Source: Octopus sinensis
Lineage: Eukaryota
Direction of reading: 5' to 3'
Assembly: GCF_006345805.1 (NCBI RefSeq)
Contig: NC_043012.1
Coordinates: forward strand, 620,001 to 684,000
DNA length: 64,000 bases
Under the pieces are notes generated by a model. The model was given only the letters and a program-made list of their open reading frames with translations, did no database searches and had not been told where the DNA came from. Position 1 is the stretch's first letter; each line of letters begins with the position of its first letter. Shown in pieces: positions 53,297-64,000 of this stretch. Position numbers and translations under genes: made by a program.

Positions 53297-53869
53297 TAAT
53301 ACAATTATTGATATTTTGTTGAGCATTCTGCTTTCATTTAATTCCGCAAACGAATTAAATGATGTGATTTGTAAAGTATTTCTTTAAAAAAGGTGTGTGT
53401 ATGCGTGTGTATGACTGTGTGTTTGTGTGTGTGTGTGTGCGTACGCGCGTGGGGTAGGTAGGGGATGACTATTTCTACGTCTGTTTGTGTGTGTGATGTA
53501 GACGTTAGGCTAAACCATAACAACTAACAAATACAAGAAATTTTATTTTCAGGGGAAGTTACTCAGTTCAGAATTTAAAGAGTAGCCTCCCGTAATATTT
53601 CTCGCAATTCATGGAGCTCACCTTTTGGTACGCACACATTCATAGACTCTCTTGCATTTAGTTGCACACACACGCTCGCGCACGCACACACGAAACACAC
53701 ACGAAACACACACACACACACACACACGTACACAGATGCATGTCCATGCGCATGTATCAAGATATATATACATATGCATATCTCTCACTTCTCTCTCTCT
53801 CTCTCTCTCTGTATAATATATATATATATACACAGAGAGAGAGGAGAGAGAGAGAGAGAGAGAAGAAAG

Positions 53870-53900
<31 letters not shown>

Positions 53901-53902
<2 letters not shown>

Positions 53903-54263
53903 CTACAAAATTAGAAAATGGAGAAACATACTTAAACCAATCAAACATCAACCATCAGATGATACCCAATCAATACTTTATTACACCCTTACATAACAGT
54001 AAAGGCATTATACAAATATATTGTAAATATAATTAGACAAGGAAATAGAAATATAAAATATAATATATAATTATATAATTTATATTATATTTTATATTTT
54101 ATATTCTATTTCCTTGTCTAATTATATTACAATATATTTTGTATAATGCCTTTACTGTTATGTAATGTGTAATTGGTGTTTAATAAAGTATGATTGGGGT
54201 ATCATCTGATGGGTTGATGTTTGATTGGTTTAAGTATGTTCTCCATTTTCTAATTTTGTAGTA
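53901..54263. repeat. Imperfect palindrome, arms about 170-190 bp, no spacer
   Basis: tactacaaaattagaaaatggaga... is mirrored by ...tctccattttctaattttgtagta; centre TATATAATTATATA at 54064-54077. Confidence 0.9.
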
Positions 54264-54666
54264 TTAATTTACGGTATATTTTACCTTTGCCCACATAATC
54301 AGTAGATGAACTATTGCAGGCAATTTTAACATTTATGTATTAGTCATGTGGGTACCTCTCTAGCAGTATATTGGATATATGTTATCCCATGGTGGGTTGA
54401 ATTTCAACCCCTATCTCATATTTATATATATATTATATATATATATATTAAGATATACAGTGGCGGCGAAAATGTTCAGAACGGCATGTTTTCGTCAGAA
54501 AAGTAGATATAATTTTTTATCAAAGTTGTTTATATTCTATAATTTTCACATACAATAAATACGATATTATTTGTAATTGCCTGAGATTTTGGTGTAATTT
54601 GAGAGGATAACCAAAAGTTATGGCATGATTTTAGGGATTTACTGCAAAATCCCATGGCGGTGAAAA

Positions 54667-55066
54667 TTAAAAAAAAATTTGGGGGAAAATTTTCGAAAAA
54701 TTTTTGGGGAAAATTTTCGGTGAAAATCTTCGAAAAATTTTTGGGGAAAATTTTCGGTGAAAAATTGGAAAAATTTTGGGGAAATTTTCGAAAAATTTTT
54801 GGGGAAAATTTTCGAGAAAATTTTTGGTGAAAATTTTGGAAAAATTTTTGGGGAAAATTTTCAGTGAAAATTTTGGAAAAATTTTTAGGGAAAATATTCG
54901 GTGAAAATTTTGGAAGAATTTTTTGGGAAAATTTTCGGTGAAAATTTTGGAAAAATTTTGGGGGAAAATTTTCGAAAGATTTTTGGGGAAAATTTTGGAA
55001 AAATTTTTGAGTAAAATTTTCGGTGAAAATTTTAGAAAAATTTTTGTGGAAAATTTTCCAAAAATC
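54667..55066. repeat. A-tract minisatellite, unit about 22-24 bp (TTTTGGGGAAAATTTTCGAAAAA-like)
   Basis: Direct reading. Confidence 0.9.
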
Positions 55067-55427
55067 ACAAGGCCAGCGGATGCCAAATACACAATGTATG
55101 GAAGGCCAGCGGTGCCAAAATTACAAAGTATGGAAGGCCAGCGGTGCCAAAATCACAAAGTATGGAAAGCCAGCAGTGCCAAAATCACAAAGTAGGAAAA
55201 GCCAGCGGTGCCAAAATCACAAAGTATGGAAAACCAGCGGTGCCAAAATCACAGAATGTATGGAAAACTAGCAATGCCAAAATCATAAAGTATGGAAACC
55301 TAGCGGTGGCACCGCTGCCTTTCCGTACTTTGTGATTTCGGCACCGGTGGCCTTCCATACTTTGTAATTTCGGCACCGATAGGTTTCCATACTTTGTGAT
55401 TTTGGCACCGCTGGCTTTCCACACTTT
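55060..55427. repeat. 32-bp tandem array (CCAAAATCACAAAGTATGGAAGGCCAGCGGTG) that inverts at about 55308
   Basis: About 8 forward units, junction GCGGTGGCACCGC, then about 4 reverse-complement units. Confidence 0.9.
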
Positions 55428-55495
55428 GGGGAAAATTTTGTATCATCTGTCTGAATGGTTTGCGTTCTCGTCCCATTTTTTTGTTATCCTTTATG

Positions 55496-55550
<55 letters not shown>

Positions 55551-56347
55551 TTATTATATAACATATATACATATATATATTAATAAATACACCAATAAGC
55601 TAAAGCTAATAAACATTTCACCATATATTGGCTATATAAAATAGTCTAATTTTGGGGCACATAAGCCCACGACGGAAAAAAATGGGTAATTAGTACACGT
55701 GGGAATCGGACCCCAAAATCCTATATTCGCTGGCGCAATAATAAGCTTTAGCTCATAATTATATTTATAGAATAACACACATACACGCAGAGTTTTGTAA
55801 TTGGTAAAGCGTATATAGATATTCGAATGTCGTACACATGTATACAATATATTTTCTGTTATGATATTTTGAAAAAACAAACAATCGCATCCTTAATTTA
55901 TTATTGAATTATCTGTTACCATTGCTTATTCGTTTCGATCGTACGTACTTCGTCGGTGCAGCTGCCATTTCAAATTATATTACTGTATTTGTATCAGTTC
56001 AATTCAAAATAATTACGCTACTTGTTGTCACGTGAAGTTATAGATATCAGAAAGAATGATGAGTAGAAATAAACCGAGCGATAGAAATGGCGATAACGAA
56101 CAATGAACTCCATTGTGCGTATCTTATTCCTTTTTTATTTTTTGTTTTTGAATTGTTCGAAATAATGCCAATAATTGTTGATAAAGAAATCAGATTAGTT
56201 TACGGTGGAAATGAATAAAGTTTTGAAGAATATACATAATTTATTCTCTCACTCTAATTTCTTTCTTTAATTCTAAAGAACGGAATTATACATTGCATAA
56301 ATTATTTTAAAATGGCCTTCCTCTGTCTGTCTTTGTTTCTCTCTCTC

Positions 56348-56407
<60 letters not shown>

Positions 56408-56470
56408 TATTATCTATAGATATAGATATATATATATATACATATATATATGGATATAGATATACATATA

Positions 56471-56519
<49 letters not shown>

Positions 56520-56532
56520 CATATATATGCAT

Positions 56533-56573
<41 letters not shown>

Positions 56574-59364
56574 ATATATATATATACACATCAGGAGAGA
56601 GAGAGAGAGAGAGAGAAAGAGAGGTGGAGGGATTCTTATTAATCCAACAAGTGGACGAATAGAAGAAATGAAGTTGAAAATGATCAGAGAGAATATTCGA
56701 ATTAATTAGAATTTAATTATATTTCAAAAAAAAATATAGGAATACACTTGACTGGTTTCACATTAGATTTTGAAAAGTGTATGGAATTGTTTCGTGAATT
56801 ATATCTATTCTGGCCATTGTTATAAAACTAGTTTGTTTTTAAAGTAGGAATGTGGCTTAAAACGCCACCAGTTTGCGTTTTAAACCAAAAATTGATTGGC
56901 TAACGTTCATGTATTATGTTTATGTGACAATGGAGCGAGAAGGTCACATAAAAGCTTTCCTCAATTGAGTATGCTTCATGTCAGATAGAAAATAAAGATA
57001 TGAAGAGGTGAATTTGGGGCAAGATAAATTTTTGCGCGCAATACGTTTCAAGATTTTCTTTGATTTCTCCTCTTTCATTTCATTAGTATGTGTAGCGTAA
57101 TAGTAAATCGTTTCCTTCCCGGTAACTGACAGAAAACACAGTCGTCCATCCTTCACTTTGAAGGGCGTCCACATTCCTTTTGTCATGTTTTAAGAAAACA
57201 ATGTAACGAATTTACCTACACTTGCATTCTTATCTCGAAACTGGAGTCTCTTCAAGCAAAATCTACTTTCGTATTCAAATACCAAACCCCTGACCTCGTT
57301 TTGATTTTAACGACTGCATATGCCTCTCTGCTTCTGAGATGGACTTTAATCTATTCATCATGTCCCGTCTAGTCTAAGTGTACACAGCATAAGTTGGTAC
57401 AGGCAATTTTTTTTCCTTAACCGATCACGATTATTTATAAAACAATAAACATACAACAGTGGTCATTCTTAACTACGTAAATTTACTTAACAAACAGAAT
57501 ATTTCCAACAGCTGAACATCTTACTGCAAAATGTGAAAAATAGAGAAACCTCAGTGTAAGCTTGAAAAGCTTCTGCAATGACTTATGTTGAACGGTAGCA
57601 TAAGGGGCTCTGAGTTGAAAGCAGTACAGTCTAATTTTGTTCTTCTTTCTGCTGAAAAGCGATGTTTCCACGTACAATACGTTCCAAATAACCCCTACTT
57701 TGTCCTGATTCAGAAAATTTCTAGCGCCACTCTTTGAAAGGAATAGATAAAAAGAGGTTTGGTCGGCATAGGAAACTTTATTAGCTTTTCATTAAAGCAT
57801 TCTAAGTACTTTGAATATGAACAAAAACATGAATAAAAATGTCAATATACGGTCCTTAGGAGATAATCAATAAATTAATTTTAGTATTTCTATCCCTTTT
57901 GAGAATTTCGACTTCATGAATGCATAACTTGAAATGAAATAAAGTATTTATGAGAATATGTTGTAATTAAGAAATTATTAAGAAAATGTTTGAAGTTACA
58001 ATTTTATAGCACAGCAATATAACGTTTATAATTTTGTAATGTGCAATAGATGTAATGTATGAGACCACTTCTCTTCACTCATGCCCCACCACACACACGT
58101 AAATAACTTTGCAAAATTACAGATTCAAAGCAGTTATGGACATTTCCGTGAAATGGATTTATTATCATGTCTACATTTTTCAAAGGTCTGTATCAAAATA
58201 TAGCGACAGGTTGTGATGATTTCTTTTAACAGAGCAGTCTTTGCTCTGCAGTGCATAGGTCACATCTATCGATGCCAGTTTTATGGCTATAACTTTGTTC
58301 TACATACATATACATTTAAATAAATAATGTGTAAGAAGCTCTCTAATTACCACTGTTCACTGAAAGAAACTGTTTCGAAAAATATTATCTGGAATATCGT
58401 ATTGTGAAAGGTATTATCAAAATGGCATTAGTAACAATGTCTTACAAAATTAATCTTTTACTCTTCATTTTAGAAATCGCCGAGGATTCTTCTTTGAATT
58501 TAAAAGTGAAGGAAAGCGGACCAGTCTTGTCAAAATCACCGCTTCAGTAAATGACCTACCCACCCAAAACTTTTGCAGTCTGCATAGAAAGAACAAACAG
58601 CATTTATAACTTCATTTGTAATGCATCAAAGGAATCGGAAACATTTGCTCACAGAGGACAGAATCTAAAACTTTGTTGAAATACACAATGTTGTATTGCT
58701 GCTGAGCAGTTTTTTCAAAGTGGGACTTCCAGCCAGGTAGTCGATCTTGCGGGTTACGTATCCTTCTTTTTAATGCTAGCTTGGATTTGCGACCAGACAA
58801 GCAGTTCATTGTACACCATTCACTGGTAATTTATATGATTTTTTAAAGCTGTTAATTTGCACTTCGGTGTACGCTTTTTGGTTTGCAATGTACAGCTGAG
58901 CTAATTGCTAAGTACAAAGTTGCTACAGGATTAAGTATTACAGCAGTATTCTTCCACATATTTGATTGTTTTACAGCTGCCAGACTGTTTCAGGATTCCT
59001 GAACTTTGGCATTCTCCCAAGAAGCTTTCTTCATTGGGAATGGCACAGTGGGCATGAAGCGCAGCATGCCCCAATGTATGACCCTAAAATTCCATCAAAG
59101 AACTGAAAGTTGAGGGTTATAAATACATAACACAAACATGCGCGTACATATATGTGCGTGCGTGTATGTGTGTGCGTGTGTATATATATTATATATATAT
59201 ATGTGTGTGTATGTATGTGTGTGTGTTGCTCATAAAATTAAGAAGTCAATAAAAGTCAATAAAAATTAAAAAGATGCATAGTTTGATTTATGTGTGATAC
59301 AATTGGAAAAGTAATATCCTTTACGTGCTTCCTCAAATTCTGTATGTGTGTATATATATTTATA

Positions 59365-59437
<73 letters not shown>

Positions 59438-59520
59438 CGCGCAAGAGTGGTTGTTTGGTAAATAGCTTGCTTACCAACCACATGGTTCCGGCTTCAGTCC
59501 TACTGCGTGGCAACTTGGGC
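59438..59520 (+). mobile_element. SINE family A 5' fragment, truncated at the start of the hammerhead element
   Basis: GCAAGAGTGGTTGTTTGG...CAACTTGGGC runs directly into TGTCCCACTGATGA instead of the usual AAGTGTC. Confidence 0.8.
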
Positions 59521-59523
59521 TGT

Positions 59524-59590
59524 CCCACTGATGAAACTGGCCTTCAGCAAATATTTTTTGGCTGGAAATAGTTAGAAACCATGGCCTGGG
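59524..59590 (+). ncRNA. Type I hammerhead ribozyme motif (triplet mutated to GCC)
   Basis: CCCA-CTGATGA-AACTG..CAGC..GCTG..TAGTT-A-GAAA-C-CATG-G-CC-TGGG. Confidence 0.7.
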
Positions 59591-59975
59591 AAATAATTGA
59601 GATGGTAAACGTTTTTAATTTTCATTCCTTTCGAAAATTTATCCATATTTGGTGGTTTTGAGTTTTCTACTGCTCTTTCTAGCACAAGGCTTTCCTATTT
59701 GGAATCCTCTTATTGTATTTCTATATGAATAATATATAGTCTAATGACTAATTCGTTTTTGTGCTAGGCCATTGGTAATAATAATTTCCTATTACCCTAT
59801 TGTTATTTATTATGTTTAAATATTCTCTGATAAATTTGTTCGAAATTTTTACCGGCAAACTCTCTGTCGCCGGGTATAATCTGCATCTGCGCAGTGATCT
59901 GAAAAGTTAGAATATACAAGCAGTTAGTTTTACATGTGGATCTGGCTGTGTGTGTATTTGAAATCGAAAGGCTGT

Positions 59976-60042
59976 CCCACTGATGAAACTGGCCTTCAGC
60001 AAATATATTTTTGCTGGAAATAGTTAGAAACCATAGTCTGGG
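59976..60042 (+). ncRNA. Type I hammerhead ribozyme motif (GUC triplet intact)
   Basis: CCCA-CTGATGA-AACTG..CAGCAAA-TATATT-TTTGCTG..TAGTT-A-GAAA-C-CATA-G-TC-TGGG. Confidence 0.8.
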
Positions 60043-60360
60043 AAATAATTGAGATGGTAAACGTTTTTATATATATATATTTTCCTCGCCATGGTACACA
60101 GAAAGGATCGTAAACTCACTCTTACTCTCACCATTCTTAACTAGTTAAATAACGGCTTCCAAGCGCAAAAGACACACTTCTTAATGTTATTTTTCCTCCA
60201 TTTTCTGATCGTCTATATAAATGAAACTACGGTTTACCCGCCAAATTACCTGCTGCCGTGTACCTTTTACCAAGGACTACACCTACTGAGGTAATTACCA
60301 GGAGTGCCTTTGGATATATCTATCTCTTAGAGGCTTTAAACACCTCTAACTTATACCTGC

Positions 60361-60392
<32 letters not shown>

Positions 60393-61508
60393 TTTTTTTT
60401 TTTCTTTTGTCAATTTATTGAGTAGATTGATGGAAATGGTGGTGTATTAACTGACGTGAGCACAGACGTTGGTAAAATTAAATAGTACTTTAGATAGGAG
60501 CTGTCAAATTTATGACAGATCTGTACTATTAAAACTTTTGGACTGGTGAATCGGTGGACAGCTGGAGGGTTAACGGGTGATAGAATGGGCAGGCTGGTGG
60601 GTGGGATGGTGAATAGAAGGGGAAGGGTTTCGATTGGTTGGCTGACTGTTTGGTGTTGTTGGTTTGTTGAAGTAGAGAAGGGTAGAATCAGAGAAGGGTT
60701 GTGAGTTGAAGTGAGTGAAAAGTGCAACATGTTAATATTTGGCATGAAGAAACGTGTCGATGAGAAAGAGAGAGAAAGAGAGAAAGCGAGAGAGAGAGAG
60801 AAAGCGAGAAAGAGAGAGACAGAGAGAAAAAGGAAGGGGATAAATTAAGGAAGAAAGAGAGGAAAGAAAGTAGGAAGGACTGAAGAAAGAAAGGAAAGTG
60901 CGATGAACGGGAGGGATGAAATAAAGAAAGAAAGAAAGAAAGGAAGGAAGAAGGGGAACAATTAGTGGAAATAAAAAGAGAGAATGAGGTGGTGATTAAA
61001 TGCAGGAATATAAGAATAAAAGAGTGAAACGCAAAGATATTAGTGGCGGTGTGGGGGGTGGGGAATTCAAAGAATGAAAGATTGAATGAATATAAAATTG
61101 AAGAAGATGGAATGACAGAATATCTGAATGAGGCATTATAAGAGGGGGAAAAAAAAACATAAATTAAAAACAAAAGAAATAATAAGTGAAGGACGAAAAA
61201 AGAAAAAAAACAAAAGAAGTGAATAGGATATCGGTTAAAACAACAACAACAACAATAAAAATAATAATGATAATAATAATAATAACAATAACAACAATAA
61301 AAGATCGTTACAATGGCAGCAGTACTTTTGGATTGTGGCATAATGGTAAATCTATGAATAGTGCAATGATAAATTCGTCAGAATGGTGGAATAACGGAAT
61401 GTGGATATAAATAGAAAAGAATCGATAACTAAGGAGAATTTATTAAAATAAATACTGAATATATGGCGAATACATAGACTTATACACACACACACGCACA
61501 CATATACG

Positions 61509-61509
<1 letters not shown>

Positions 61510-61607
<98 letters not shown>

Positions 61608-61610
61608 TTA

Positions 61611-61650
<40 letters not shown>

Positions 61651-61656
61651 ATATAT

Positions 61657-61688
<32 letters not shown>

Positions 61689-61815
61689 ATATACATACAT
61701 ACGCGCATACGTACATAAACATAGACACGTGTGTATTTTATTCGTGGATGAGTGTATGTATGCGCCTATATATACATAAACATGCATACACACACACACA
61801 CAACACACACACACA

Positions 61816-61879
<64 letters not shown>

Positions 61880-62000
61880 ATATATATACATACATATATA
61901 TATATGTATATATATATGCATACATATATATATATGTATACAGACACACACACATATAGATATATGTATACAGACACACACACATATAGATATATGTAAT

Positions 62001-62048
<48 letters not shown>

Positions 62049-62060
62049 CACACACATGTA
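61510..62060. repeat. (TATC)n, (TC)n, (TA)n and (CA)n microsatellite field
   Basis: Direct reading. Confidence 0.9.
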
Positions 62061-62380
62061 CATGCATATAAACACACACATATAGGCAAAAATATTTGCG
62101 TGTGTGTGTCTGTGTGAATAAGCATAAGGCCAGATTTGAAATAGTAGAATTTTATCCGTCGATCTCTAAACCATTATTATGCAAAGCTTTACTAAGATTT
62201 ATAGTACCATAGATATCGGAATTAGATAGAAATTGAAACACGGAAGGCCAAGAAACTATACGTGTATATATCCGGCCAATGACGAAATTATTCATACTAT
62301 AATATATAAACTAATAGTCATTGACTGTACAAATCCTTACAAATCAAAGATCTTTTAATCAGTAATAACAGTCATTTGCA

Positions 62381-62670
62381 GTAAAGACCCGCTTCAGTCA
62401 TGAATGTCCATGGGATTGCACCTAGATAGTTACCATTCGAGGTAAAAGTCCAGGAAAGGTTGTATTGAGGGCCAGCAATCTCCCAGGCATACTAGCCTCC
62501 CCTCTCCTTGCTATCGATGATATCCAAGGGAAAGGCCAAAGCCAATACAGCTTGGCACCTGAGACGTCGCAGACCATTTCTACAGATGAGCGAACTGGAA
62601 CGACGTGATATATAGTGTCTTGCTCAATAACACAACACACACCGCGGTCCGGGAATCGAACTCATTACCT
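62381..62670 (-). mobile_element. OR2-like CORE-type SINE, 5'-truncated
   Basis: Minus strand GAGTTCGATTCCCGGACC (B box), then GTGTTATTGAGCAAGACACT...CCAGTTCGCTCATCTGTAGAAATGG (CORE-like). The family name is from recall. Confidence 0.7.
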
Positions 62671-62694
62671 TCAATCGGGACAATGATGAAATAT

Positions 62695-63630
62695 CTAAGA
62701 TGAAGTATGACCGTCCTTTGCCTGTATAAGCATCTACACACGGTCTGGCATAGAATGCACTGATGCTGAACACATGTTTTTCAAGCCTTCGTCATGGTAC
62801 CTAGCCTTAATAACAGCACAGATTAGCTTCTGCATCATCGACCAGTCGACTTTTACGATTCTGCGTTTGATTATAGCTCATAGGTTTTCAATGGGGTTAA
62901 TGTCAAGAAATTTTCCAGGCCAATCGAAAGCGCATTTTTCTGGAAGTACAACACGGAGCGAGATTCAGCTGGAAAATACCGTCTCTATTAGGGAAATCTT
63001 TTTGTGTCATCGGAAGCAAGTGAGCCTATAGGATAGCCTTGTATTTATTACGATTCCCCATTCTCTTGGCATTAAGCCGTCCGGGAGTTCCAGCACCAAA
63101 GCAGTACCTTAGGTACGTGTTTTGCGTTTGTTGAGTGTGCCCTGGCCGATGACGCTCACCTTTGCTCCATCTCACTACCACTGACCTGTAACCCATGCAC
63201 TTCAAAATGCGATTCATCCGAATATATTACCTTTCTCTACTCTTTCTGCTTTCCACCCAGCATGATTACGTGTCAGTGCAGACGTTTTCTCATCATAATA
63301 GCTGTCAATGAATATCTACGTACCGGCTTCCTGGTAGATCTACCATATTCAAGGAGCCTTCGGTAAGCTGTTGAAGACGAAACATTTACATAACTGAAGC
63401 CAAATATTTCTGAAGGCCTTTGCTGGTTTTCCTTGGATCATTCACTCTATTTCTGATCAAGACCTCATCATCGCAAGGAATTTTTTTTGCGCCGTCTGCT
63501 TGAACGCCACTGTCTTCAGCTGTCTTCACAATTTCACCGACAGTTCACTTTGCCAGATTCAATTTTTCAGCAATCTGATACTAAAACCAAATTTTTTCTA
63601 AGAGTTACACTTGCACGCTTCCTGGGAATG
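62695..63630 (-). pseudogene. Decayed Tc1-family transposase
   Basis: HTH-like IAEKLNLAK*TVGEIVK; DPRKTSKGLQKYL; (F)SDESHFEV; FGAGTPGRL; DGIFQLNLAPC (FQQDNAPCH-like); WPGKFLDINPIENL*AIIKRRI (WPxxSPDLNPIENLW-like); SMPDRV*MLIQAKDGHT. The element probably extends beyond the window end. Confidence 0.88.
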
Positions 63631-64000
63631 CTATTCATTATGAATTTAAAGGCTAATAATGAACACATTCAGGTACAACAACACAGAGCGAGCTCTAGTG
63701 TAGCACTGAACGAAATGCTGGAGCGAGGCTACAACTTATTAGATGCCATATGTCACCACTACTCTATTCTAAACGGAAAACAGCAAAATCTTCATTAGTT
63801 TAGTCACAGATTAAAACATATGAAAAGGTCACCAAATTCGATCCTGTCCGGATTACTTTACACTCTACTGAATGCCCCCGACCCCGGACAAACGACTGAC
63901 TTGTTTAAATTCGTTACAACCCGATGTATATGTAATTGTTAGATCTGAGAATTTCGAAAAATGCTGACACTCAGATAAATTCATTTTATGGAGCTGGGCG

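Larger units (their letters stand above)
59518..60069 (+). mobile_element. Retrozyme-like or pseudo-LTR-like unit: 452-nt period with 100-bp terminal direct repeats, each carrying a hammerhead
   Basis: 59518-59617 and 59970-60069 are near-identical; no ORF between them. Confidence 0.7.

Noticed and set aside
55060-55427. CRISPR-like 32-bp repeats
   Set aside because: Units are contiguous with no unique spacers, there are no cas genes, and the context is eukaryotic.
60400-61420. Host exon or 217-aa ORF (60688..61341)
   Set aside because: Purine-rich low-complexity DNA giving an F/S/L-rich translation with no domain.

Overview
AT-rich eukaryotic DNA saturated with repeats, with one 100-N scaffold gap (52010-52109) and no host protein-coding gene that I can support. 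The SINE sequences match my recollection of octopus families (OR1-like, OR2-like and two very abundant tRNA-derived families), so an Octopus genome is inferred, not proven. Contents: (1) a tandem nest of R4/Dong-clade restriction-like-endonuclease (RLE) non-LTR retrotransposons in (TAA)n microsatellites, including a near full-length copy (about 2.3-6.3 kb), a closely related 5'-truncated copy (14.7-17.3 kb) and fragments of three other subfamilies; (2) decayed mariner and Tc1 transposases, a mariner MITE, two Helentron/DINE-1-like elements, and RTE and CR1-like fragments; (3) dozens of SINE copies and microsatellites. The most interesting signal is invisible in the ORF track: nine type I hammerhead ribozyme motifs (some degenerate) from at least six sequence families, read by eye as CUGANGA / helix II / GAAA / minimal helix III, usually with a palindromic loop / NUH / helix I. 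They occur in three architectures: a tandem pair delimiting a 452-nt retrozyme-like unit (59518-60069); a divergent pair bounding a decayed Penelope-like element (45.9-47.6 kb); and non-coding palindromes of 230-380 bp whose fold-back point lies at or just 5' of the ribozyme (35.0, 48.2 and 49.8 kb). All folds and identities were judged by eye; no search or folding program was run.
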